DNA from: a bacterium
GTDB lineage: Bacteria; Patescibacteriota; Microgenomatia; Levybacterales; UBA12049
Direction: 5' to 3'
Length of the DNA: 64,000 nt
Assembly: GCA_021791545.1 (NCBI GenBank)
Contig: JAJYWL010000016.1
Location: forward strand, 155,704-219,703
Of this stretch, positions 38,160 through 46,845 are shown piece by piece. Every line of letters starts with the position of its first letter. Within the stretch, counting starts at the first letter, position 1. The position numbers and the translations under genes are program-made. The notes below the pieces were generated by a model that worked only from the letters and a program-made list of their open reading frames with translations, searched no databases and was not told the DNA's origin.

Positions 38160-40573
38160 TGGGAGACTATGGAAATATTTATTTTAGTAGGATCCTTAGG
38201 CAGATTTTTAGGAAGGAATGGAATACTCGGGGAGACAGAAATTTTTACATCGGTTACTTGGGGTAAATTGGAAATAAAATTTTTTGCTTTATTTACCTCA
38301 AATCCCAATACATCTTTAATTACGGAATTTTGGTCAATTTCCGGGACGAGGGATGCTTTGATAGTCAGATCTGAGGTTACGTTATCTCCGTCTGTTTTTA
38401 TGTTATTTGCTTCTACGGAAAAATTATCTTTATTTACTACCTGATTTGAAGATTTGAAAAGAGAATCGGCAAGACTTAAAATGTCATCTTTTTTATACGT
38501 TACTCCTTTGTAGTTTACAGTTGCTTTAAGAGTAAACTGGTTTGCCTGATCTCCTTCTTTTTTGTCTGTTGATTGGTTATCTAGGGATGTTTCTATAAAT
38601 CCTGGGAGAACCTCATTGTTTCCGTCTACTTTACTTTTTATGTCATCTTTTGCTTTTGATTCAAGTTGTTTTACAAGTTGATCAGATGCTTTTGAAATAT
38701 CATCTTTTGAAACAACGGTGACCTGTTTCTTTGTTCCTCCGGAAAATGCATTATCATTTTTTGCCGCTACAAAAGAACTAGTTCCTATTGAAAACTTTGT
38801 TCCCGACGGAAGGTTGTAGTCTTGCCCTATATCGGACGCCGTTACATTTACATTTGATGTTGATGGTTTCGTTCCCTGGAATGGATCCGAAGTGGCAGCG
38901 GCTACTGTTACTTGGGAATCTGTAGTAAATTCTTTACCGTCGGAACTTGTGACGGTAGTTCCGGAGGGGAATGACTGACTGTTACCGGGGTCGTTATTGA
39001 ATATCGTGATTGTTCCTTTTGCTTTGTCTCCCACATCTTTTTTACCTGTTGCCTGTGCCGTTACCTGACCATCTTCGCTAACGGACATGAATTCTGCTCC
39101 GATTGTATCGTTTGCTACATCTGTTCCCGAAGGCGAGAAAGTGATGCTTTTTGTTTGCTGATCTTCTTTGGGAGATACGCTTATTGTTATCTTAGCTGTT
39201 GATTTTGATGTGACAAAAAATAGACCCAGGATGATTAGAATTAATATAACTACGGGAATAATAAGTTTTTTTACTCCTTTTGATTTATTGAAATTAGAGA
39301 AAAGATTTCCTACGGGCAATTTTTTAAATGAATTTAAAATTTTAGGAAAAGTTTTTTTTGCTAGTAATACTGCCGATTCCATTTGTCCCGGAACTTCTTC
39401 TCTTTCTTCTTGAATTTTCAGTCCTTCCGGAATTTCCTCAATTTCTCTTGCAAACATGGGTTCCTTTGGTTTTTCCGGTTCTTTTGATTTCTCGGATTCT
39501 ATTTCGGGTTCTTTAGGATTCTCGGGTCTAGGTGTTTGAGCAACGTCTACTTCCTCGGAGAATCCAAAATATTCTTTAGACTGATCTTCTCCTATATAGT
39601 CAATTTTTCCTTCTTGTGTTTGCGGTTCTGTTGGTTGGAACTCCTGAATTTTTTCTTCATCTTCCTTTATTTCTTCCGGTTCGGGTTCAATTCTCTCAGG
39701 CTCCTGTTCCGTTTCTTCAGGTGCTTGGGGTTCGGTCATTACTATCTCTTTTTCTTCTTCTTTTTCTTCCTCATCAAATCCAATTTTTTCCGGCTCTTTT
39801 TTGATAAAGTCCGATAAAACTACGGCACCCATTTGCACTCCGGCGGCATAAAGCATTGCCTTGAAAGAGGATTCTTTTGGAAGATTGACGGTTTGAGGAA
39901 GATGCAGGAAGGGTAGACTCTTACTCCATTGGTGGCTTATGAATTCTTGGGAAAGATCTTTTTCTCCGTCGTTGATGATATATATTTTTGAAGGAAGTAT
40001 TTCGGGAGTCTGGAAATGCTTAAGAAGAGTATCAACGGTAAAAGACGGATTTTCGTAAATTTCGGAAGTTCTTGTTTCAATAATTTTACTTGCTTTTACC
40101 AGGGAAACTGTAAGATATTTTTTCCCTATTTCGGAAAGTATAGCCGTCACAGGAGCGCCTTCTTCTTTTTGCAAAAGGCTTATCATAGCTTCTGTAAAGA
40201 CGATAAATCCGACGGGGGTAAGAGAGAGTTTATCGCTAATTTTCTTTAGTTTATCGAGATACTCCTTTTTTATTTTGTTATCTTCGATCCAGTTGTCTTT
40301 TAGTCCGAATATTGTCTTTTTTGTTTCTATGCTTGGTGGTAAAGATTCTTCGGCTTTCGAGATTATTTTGTCCAGTGTTGTCAGAAGTTCTTCGGGGGTT
40401 GCCTCTTCAACAGTCTTGTCGAAATATTCTTCATCCTGTCCTACGGGTTTTATACTGTTTCCGACTTTTTCAAATATTAAAGCTCCTGCTTTTTCGTTCC
40501 TTAAAATTAATGCAAGAAAGTATTCTTTTTCTAACTTTTTTTCAAGAAAAGGCAGAGTGAGTTTCATATTCAT
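38156..40573 (-). CDS. Large bitopic protein: N-terminal cytoplasmic domain, acidic linker, TM, baseplate-J-like extracellular region
   Basis: ATGKKDVGDKAKGTITIFN, V.VTASDIGQDYN and FSGG motifs typical of CPR baseplate J/gp47-like proteins. Confidence 0.65.
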   Translation of the reverse strand: MNMKLTLPFLEKKLEKEYFLALILRNEKAGALIFEKVGNSIKPVGQDEEYFDKTVEEATPEELLTTLDKIISKAEESLPPSIETKKTIFGLKDNWIEDNKIKKEYLDKLKKISDKLSLTPVGFIVFTEAMISLLQKEEGAPVTAILSEIGKKYLTVSLVKASKIIETRTSEIYENPSFTVDTLLKHFQTPEILPSKIYIINDGEKDLSQEFISHQWSKSLPFLHLPQTVNLPKESSFKAMLYAAGVQMGAVVLSDFIKKEPEKIGFDEEEKEEEKEIVMTEPQAPEETEQEPERIEPEPEEIKEDEEKIQEFQPTEPQTQEGKIDYIGEDQSKEYFGFSEEVDVAQTPRPENPKEPEIESEKSKEPEKPKEPMFAREIEEIPEGLKIQEEREEVPGQMESAVLLAKKTFPKILNSFKKLPVGNLFSNFNKSKGVKKLIIPVVILILIILGLFFVTSKSTAKITISVSPKEDQQTKSITFSPSGTDVANDTIGAEFMSVSEDGQVTAQATGKKDVGDKAKGTITIFNNDPGNSQSFPSGTTVTSSDGKEFTTDSQVTVAAATSDPFQGTKPSTSNVNVTASDIGQDYNLPSGTKFSIGTSSFVAAKNDNAFSGGTKKQVTVVSKDDISKASDQLVKQLESKAKDDIKSKVDGNNEVLPGFIETSLDNQSTDKKEGDQANQFTLKATVNYKGVTYKKDDILSLADSLFKSSNQVVNKDNFSVEANNIKTDGDNVTSDLTIKASLVPEIDQNSVIKDVLGFEVNKAKNFISNLPQVTDVKISVSPSIPFLPKNLPKDPTKINISIVSQ

Positions 40574-40574
40574 C

Positions 40575-42377
40575 TTATCCGACTACCGCGTATATTCTTC
40601 TTTGTCCGTGTCCAATATTCTCCTGCTTTATTATCTTAAACCTTTTTAGCTTCGATGTAAAATCGACATGAGGTCCTCCACAGAACTCTTTTGAGTAGTC
40701 TCCTACGAAGTAAACTTTTACATCATTTCCGTACTTTTCATCAAAGAGTCCTATCGCTCCCAGTTTTTTTGCTTCTTCCAAAGGCAATATTTCAAAATGA
40801 ACGGGAAGATTTTCTCTGATCTTTTCGTTTATCGTATCTTCAAGTTTTTTGATTTCATCATCTTCTAATTTTCTGTCGAAGTTAAAGTCAAATCTTAATC
40901 TTTCCGTCGTTATATTGCTTCCTGTTTGATGGAGGTCTTCTCCGAACATATCTCTTAAAGCTTTATGGAGTAGATGCGTCGCCGTATGTCCCATTACCGT
41001 TTTTTCACTTGTGTCTGCTAAGCCTCCTCTGAACTTTTGTTGTGCTCCTGCTCTTGAAAGATTTTGATGTTCTTCCATTTTCTTTGCAAAAGCCTGTTCA
41101 TCAAAATCAAAACCTAAGCTTTTTATTTGAGTAGGTGAAAGTCCGTGGGTAGAGTAGAGTATAAAGGCATCTTCCGATGAGATTGTCTTTTTCTCTCCCA
41201 TTATTTCATCTCCAGTTTCGGGATATTTCTTTGATATGAATGCCTTTGCTCTTTGAAGAGTTCCTTTGTAATTTCTCTCTTCTTCCAATATCACGTTTCT
41301 TATTTCTTCATATTTGGAAACCAAATATTCATCTGTTTCTTTGTATTGTTCAAAAACGGAATCGACTATTGAAGTTATATCTTTCCCCGAGAGAGTATAG
41401 AAGTTATCGAAAGCTCTTCTTAAGAGTCTTCTCAAAATGTATCCCTGTTCTTTGTTGGAAGGTCTGACGCCTGCCAAGATGATAAAGACAGAAGCTCCCA
41501 AATGGTCTGTTATTATCTGCATTTCTTTTTTGTTTTCTCCATAGGTTTTAGATGTTTCTTTTTCAATCGTTTTAATCGTCGGATGAAAAAGGGAAGTTTC
41601 AAAAATATCACTTTTTAGTTCCACTGCCGCAAGGAGTCTTTCAAGTCCTCCTCCGAAATCAACATTCTTATTTGGTAGCGGATCAAAGTCTTCTTCGGTT
41701 ACTTTTTTGTATTGCATAAAAACCGAGTTTGCTATCTCTAGGAATTTTCCGCATTCACAGTAGACGGGGGAATCTCCTTCGCATTCGTCTGTGTGCTCAA
41801 TATCGTCAAATCTTATATATACTTCGGTATCGGGTCCTCCAATTTCTCCTACAGGCATTTTGTCGGGAGTTCCGCTTCTTGACCACCAGTTTTTATCTAC
41901 TCCTGCAAAAAAGATTTTTTGCTCCGGAACAAAACCTTCTTTGGTCAAAAGATCTGCCCAGATTTTATAAGATTCTTCGTCTCTTTCAATTTTTTTGAAT
42001 CCGTCAAAAACTGTTATGAAAAGTTTTTCTTTGGGAAGTCCAAGTGTTTCCGTAAGAAATTCCCAGAGCCATGGTATTTCTTCTTTTTTGAAATAATCTC
42101 CAAGACTCCAGTTCCCAAGCATTCTAAAAAATGTTGTGTGTCTATTGTCTCCGACCTCGTCTATATCTACCGCTCTAAATGAGTTCTGTGAGTCGACAAG
42201 TCTTGTTCCCGCAGGATGTTTTTCTCCCATTAGATAGGGAATTAGAGGTTGCATTCCTGAAGAGGTAAATAGGGTAGTGGGATCATTTTCCGGTACCAAA
42301 GGAGAATTTGGGATTTCTACATGATTTTTGTCTTTGAAAAAATTGATATATTTATCTCTTAAATCTTTGGCCGTCAT
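40575..42377 (-). CDS. alaS: Alanyl-tRNA synthetase (short, no C-Ala domain)
   Basis: LFTSSGMQ, HTTFF.MLGNWS.GDYFK, GLERL, HTATHLL and CGGPH. Confidence 0.96.
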   Translation of the reverse strand: MTAKDLRDKYINFFKDKNHVEIPNSPLVPENDPTTLFTSSGMQPLIPYLMGEKHPAGTRLVDSQNSFRAVDIDEVGDNRHTTFFRMLGNWSLGDYFKKEEIPWLWEFLTETLGLPKEKLFITVFDGFKKIERDEESYKIWADLLTKEGFVPEQKIFFAGVDKNWWSRSGTPDKMPVGEIGGPDTEVYIRFDDIEHTDECEGDSPVYCECGKFLEIANSVFMQYKKVTEEDFDPLPNKNVDFGGGLERLLAAVELKSDIFETSLFHPTIKTIEKETSKTYGENKKEMQIITDHLGASVFIILAGVRPSNKEQGYILRRLLRRAFDNFYTLSGKDITSIVDSVFEQYKETDEYLVSKYEEIRNVILEEERNYKGTLQRAKAFISKKYPETGDEIMGEKKTISSEDAFILYSTHGLSPTQIKSLGFDFDEQAFAKKMEEHQNLSRAGAQQKFRGGLADTSEKTVMGHTATHLLHKALRDMFGEDLHQTGSNITTERLRFDFNFDRKLEDDEIKKLEDTINEKIRENLPVHFEILPLEEAKKLGAIGLFDEKYGNDVKVYFVGDYSKEFCGGPHVDFTSKLKRFKIIKQENIGHGQRRIYAVVG

Positions 42378-42405
42378 TATTGATAAATTATAGCAGAAAA
42401 CAACT

Positions 42406-42639
42406 TCAAACTATATCTATTTCTTCCTCGACAATTTGGGGTCTTTCCGGGATGATGGCCGGATACTCCTGCATAGTTTGAATGTTTGTTGGCGCAAGGA
42501 CAGAAGCAGCAATTACCGCTATGTCATCTCCCGGACAAACAAGGAGTGCCGCCGCAAGAAACAAAGGTTTTAATATTCTTCTTATATCTTTAGTGACATC
42601 TTCTTTGACTAAGGGTTGAGGTGTTTCTCTCTCAAGCAT
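42406..42639 (-). CDS. Hypothetical protein
   Basis: 77-aa ORF; TGCTATAAT 6 nt before the ATG. Confidence 0.55.
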   Translation of the reverse strand: MLERETPQPLVKEDVTKDIRRILKPLFLAAALLVCPGDDIAVIAASVLAPTNIQTMQEYPAIIPERPQIVEEEIDIV

Positions 42640-42757
42640 TTTGAAATTATAGCAAAGGTAGGGAAAATATATAAGCCAATCTTATTACTCATCTTTTCTT
42701 ACAGTTTTCTTACATTCTTTTGTAAATTTATATGAGTCTTTTAAAGATAATTCTTTC

Positions 42758-43270
42758 ATGGCTAACGAAAATCAGGGTTATGGTAAAAGGCCTCTTTGGC
42801 AATGGCTTCTTCTTTATTTAGTAATCGCAGGACTTGCTTATGCCGGTTTTTATTACTTCTTTCTTAAAAAAGGTTCATCTTACAATTTAAGCAGTAATCA
42901 AACTCCTTCATATCAGACTCAAGGTACGAGTAGAGTAACTACAACTCCAACTCCTTCTCCGTCTGTTTCAGTATCCGTTTCTCCATCTGCTGCAGTTTCA
43001 AAAATAACAATTATAGGAACTGAATTTGCATTTACTCCTTCGACGTTTACTGTTAAAGAGGGAGAGCCCGTGACAGTTACTTTCATGAATAACGGAACTT
43101 ATCCTCATAACTTTACTATTTCCGGCCTGAACGTAAAAACTCCCACTATTCAACCGGGAGAGAAAACCGTTCTTACATTTACGCCCATGAAGACAGGAAC
43201 GTTCACATTTGTTTGTACCGTTCCGGGTCATGCCGACAAGGGAATGACGGGCAAGATAACTGTCGAGTGA
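42758..43270 (+). CDS. Membrane-anchored cupredoxin (type-1 copper protein)
   Basis: TM helix, PST linker, PHNF and CTVPGHADKGM. Confidence 0.9.
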   Translation: MANENQGYGKRPLWQWLLLYLVIAGLAYAGFYYFFLKKGSSYNLSSNQTPSYQTQGTSRVTTTPTPSPSVSVSVSPSAAVSKITIIGTEFAFTPSTFTVKEGEPVTVTFMNNGTYPHNFTISGLNVKTPTIQPGEKTVLTFTPMKTGTFTFVCTVPGHADKGMTGKITVE

Positions 43271-43279
43271 ATTTGCCCC

Positions 43280-43309
43280 TTGACAGCCTTGGATTTCCTA
43301 TGGTATAAA
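43280..43309 (+). promoter_or_regulatory. rpoBC promoter
   Basis: TTGACA-18 nt-TATAAA, preceded by TGG. Confidence 0.7.
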
Positions 43310-43407
43310 TTCAATCACCTTATAAGGATTTAGATAAAGGTGTGATACCTTTGGTCTTTTTTTGGTATTAACCCCTAAATTCCTTGTGACAATTTTTAAG
43401 ATTACTG

Positions 43408-46400
43408 ATGCCTAAAACTGAATCTAGTTCTAAAGACAATAAGAGCCACATTAGAAGTAACTGGGGTAACTCCTTTTCTGTTTTGCCACAGCTTGATTTG
43501 CTCGCTATCCAAAAACAATCATATGATTGGTTCTTAAAGCAAGGTATTAAAGACATTCTTGATGAAATCTCTCCTATCGAAGATTTTACAGAAAAGAATT
43601 GGAGCCTTGAGCTCAAGGATTACAGAATCGGAAAGATCTCTAATTCTCCCTCTATAGCACTCTCCAAAGGAATAACATTCGACGCACCATTATACGTAAA
43701 CGCAACATTAACAAACAAGAAAACAGGAGCAACATATAATCAGGAGGTATTCTTGGGAGATATTCCTCAAATGACAGACAGAGGAACATTTATAGTAAAT
43801 GGAATCGAAAGATCGGTTGTAAACCAGTTGGTAAGAAGCCCCGGAGTTTTCTTCACGGCAGTTGTAGATAATGTAACAGGAAAAACACTTTACAGTGCAG
43901 AAATAAGACCTGTTCATGGTTCATGGCTTGAATTCACAACAACAAGACACGAAACAATAATGGTAAAAATTGATAGAAGAAGAAAATTCCTCGCTTCTAC
44001 TTTCTTAAGAGCAATCGGTCTTTCTTCAAACGATGAAATAAGAGACAGATTTAAAGAAACAGAAAAAGACGAGAAGTCTTCATATATCGATAATACACTT
44101 CAAAAAGACGAAACAGCAGATTCAACAGATGCTTTGGTAGAAATATTCAGAAAAATGCATCCAGGAGAACCTATTGTTTTGGATAAAGTAAGAGAAAACT
44201 TCAACGGAATGTTCTTCAACAACAGAAGATATGACTTGGGAGATGTCGGAAGATACAAGATAAATAAAAAATTAGAAGGAACAGCAGGATTTAATGCTCC
44301 CGAAGAAGGAACAAAGATTCTTACACTCGAAGATATAATCGGAACAATTAGTTTCCTTATCCAGCTTGCAAACGGGGGAGACGGAGTAGACGATATCGAT
44401 TCCTTGGCAAATAGAAGAGTAAGATGCGTAGGAGAATTGGTAGCAACAACAGCATTTAGAATCGGAGTATTAAGACTTGAAAGATCAGTCAAGGAAAGAA
44501 TGAGCTTGATTCAGGCAGACCAGCCTATTTCAATTTCAAATCTTATTAATGCAAGACCTATTATGGCTGCTATTAACGAATTCTTCAGAACCTCACAGCT
44601 TTCCACAATATTAGACCAGACAAATCCACTTTCAGAAATAGACAACTTAAATAGACTTACAGTCATGGGAACAGGTGGAATTTCAAGAGAAAGAGCAGCT
44701 TTCTCTATCAGAGACATCAATGCTTCCCAGTATTCAAGAATTTGCCCAATCAGAAGCCCTGAAGGTCCTAATATCGGACTTGTTACATATCTTGCTTTGT
44801 ATTCAAAAGTTAACAAATACGGTTTCTTGGAAGCTCCTTACAGAAAAGTAGTTGCTGAAGGAAAAGGAGTAAGAGTAACAGACGAGATCGAATATCTTTC
44901 TGCAGACGACGAACAAAAACACTATGTAACACACGCAGGAGTATTAGATGAAAACGGAAAGATAAAAGACGAAAGAGTTCCTGCAAGATACAAAGGTGAG
45001 TTTATCGAAACAGACAGAGGAAACATTGAATACATAGATGTAGTCCCAAGACAGGTAGTAGGATCTGCTGCTTCTCTTATTCCGTTCGTTTCACATGACG
45101 AAGCAAACAGAGCGCTCATGGGTACTCACATGCAGTGCCAGGCAGTTCCACTTGTTAAACCAGAATCACCAATAGTAGGAACAGGAATGGAAGGACCTAT
45201 CTCCCAGGTAATGGGAAGAGTAGTTCTTGCTCCTTTTGACGGAGTTATAGAATTTGCAGACGCAAACAAAGTAACAATCAAAGGAAAAGGTGAAAAAGAA
45301 GAAGTAACATATTACATTGATTCATTCAAGAGAACATCAAATGCAACTTCATACACACAAAGAACAGTTGTAAAAACAGGCGACAAAGTCAAAAAGGGAG
45401 ATCTTTTGATCGACGGGCCTTCTTCACAAAACGGAGAATTGGCTTTAGGACAGAATCTTTTGATTGCATATACAGCATTCGACGGATTAGGTTATGAAGA
45501 CGGTATCGTAATCTCGGATAGATTGGTAAAAGAAGACGTTCTTTCTTCAATCCACATTGAAAGACACGAAGCAGCAGTCGTTGAAACAAAATTGGGACCG
45601 GAAGAAACAACAAGAGATATTCCAAATGTTTCCGAAGAAGATTTGGCAAACTTGGATGAAGACGGAATCGTAGTAGTAGGATCTGAAGTAGCACCTGGAG
45701 ATATATTGGTAGGAAAAATTGCTCCAAAAGGTGAGACAGAGTTAACAGCAGAAGAAAGACTCTTAAGAGCAATCTTTGGAGAGCAAGCAAGAGAAGTAAG
45801 AGATACATCTCTTAGAATGCCACACGGAGAAAGAGGAACAGTAATTTCAGTTCAGATTCTTGACAGGAAAAAGGGAGACGAATTAGAGCCCGGAACATTA
45901 AGAAAGATTTTAGTCGAAGTTGCTCAGTACAGACACGTTGTAATCGGAGATAAACTTGCAGGAAGACACGGAAACAAAGGAGTAATTTCAAGAATATTAC
46001 CAGAAGTAGATATGCCTCACTTGGCAGACGGAACTCCTGTTGATATAATTATTTCTCCAATCTCCGTACTCGCTCGTATGAACTTGGGACAGCTTTTGGA
46101 AGCACACCTTGGTTGGGCAGCAAGAGAATTGGGAGAAAAAGTTGCTGTTCCGGTCTTCGAAAGACTTGAAGAGGAAAGAATTGTTGAGGAGCTCAAAAAA
46201 GCAGGACTTCCTGTAAACGGAAAAGCAGTCTTGTATGACGGTAGAACAGGTGAACCATACGAGAATCCTGCAGTAGTCGGAATCGAATACGTAATGAAAC
46301 TTATCCACATGGTAGAGGATAAGACTCATGCAAGATCAACAGGACCATACTCTCTTGTTACACAGCAACCTTTGGGAGGAAAAGCCCAAATGGGAGGCCA

Positions 46401-46845
46401 GAGACTCGGAGAGATGGAAGTCTGGGCCTTGGAATCTCATAGAGCAAGATATACATTGCAGGAAATGCTTACAATCAAATCCGACGATGTAGTTGGAAGA
46501 GCAAAAGCATTCGAAGCAATAGTAAAAGGAATGGACATTCCTACACCTAAGGTTCCTGAGTCATTCAAGGTATTAATTAAGGAACTTCAGGCTTTGGGAT
46601 TAAACGTAGTTCCGGTCGGAGCAACAGTAACAGACGCCATCGATGCTCCTTTGGAGGGAGCAGAGGAAGTCAAAAAAGCTGAGTCAGAAGAGGCAGCAAG
46701 AGAAGCCGGAGAAGAGCTTCAGGAAGAATTAGGTTCGGATGAAGTAGTTCCGGAGCAGGATATGGAACAAGCAGGAATGGAAGAATCTGCACCCGTAGAA
46801 GGCGAAGCAACAGAAGAACCGGTAACGGAGGAAACAAATGAATAA
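43408..46845 (+). CDS. rpoB: RNA polymerase beta subunit
   Basis: GTFIVNG.ER, PEGPNIGL, GDKLAGRHGNKG and GGQRLGEME. Confidence 0.99.
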   Translation: MPKTESSSKDNKSHIRSNWGNSFSVLPQLDLLAIQKQSYDWFLKQGIKDILDEISPIEDFTEKNWSLELKDYRIGKISNSPSIALSKGITFDAPLYVNATLTNKKTGATYNQEVFLGDIPQMTDRGTFIVNGIERSVVNQLVRSPGVFFTAVVDNVTGKTLYSAEIRPVHGSWLEFTTTRHETIMVKIDRRRKFLASTFLRAIGLSSNDEIRDRFKETEKDEKSSYIDNTLQKDETADSTDALVEIFRKMHPGEPIVLDKVRENFNGMFFNNRRYDLGDVGRYKINKKLEGTAGFNAPEEGTKILTLEDIIGTISFLIQLANGGDGVDDIDSLANRRVRCVGELVATTAFRIGVLRLERSVKERMSLIQADQPISISNLINARPIMAAINEFFRTSQLSTILDQTNPLSEIDNLNRLTVMGTGGISRERAAFSIRDINASQYSRICPIRSPEGPNIGLVTYLALYSKVNKYGFLEAPYRKVVAEGKGVRVTDEIEYLSADDEQKHYVTHAGVLDENGKIKDERVPARYKGEFIETDRGNIEYIDVVPRQVVGSAASLIPFVSHDEANRALMGTHMQCQAVPLVKPESPIVGTGMEGPISQVMGRVVLAPFDGVIEFADANKVTIKGKGEKEEVTYYIDSFKRTSNATSYTQRTVVKTGDKVKKGDLLIDGPSSQNGELALGQNLLIAYTAFDGLGYEDGIVISDRLVKEDVLSSIHIERHEAAVVETKLGPEETTRDIPNVSEEDLANLDEDGIVVVGSEVAPGDILVGKIAPKGETELTAEERLLRAIFGEQAREVRDTSLRMPHGERGTVISVQILDRKKGDELEPGTLRKILVEVAQYRHVVIGDKLAGRHGNKGVISRILPEVDMPHLADGTPVDIIISPISVLARMNLGQLLEAHLGWAARELGEKVAVPVFERLEEERIVEELKKAGLPVNGKAVLYDGRTGEPYENPAVVGIEYVMKLIHMVEDKTHARSTGPYSLVTQQPLGGKAQMGGQRLGEMEVWALESHRARYTLQEMLTIKSDDVVGRAKAFEAIVKGMDIPTPKVPESFKVLIKELQALGLNVVPVGATVTDAIDAPLEGAEEVKKAESEEAAREAGEELQEELGSDEVVPEQDMEQAGMEESAPVEGEATEEPVTEETNE

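Noticed and set aside
38156-40573. Prophage or contractile injection system suggested by the baseplate-J-like gene
   Set aside because: No sheath, tube, spike, terminase or integrase; the gene has a TM helix and sits in a housekeeping operon
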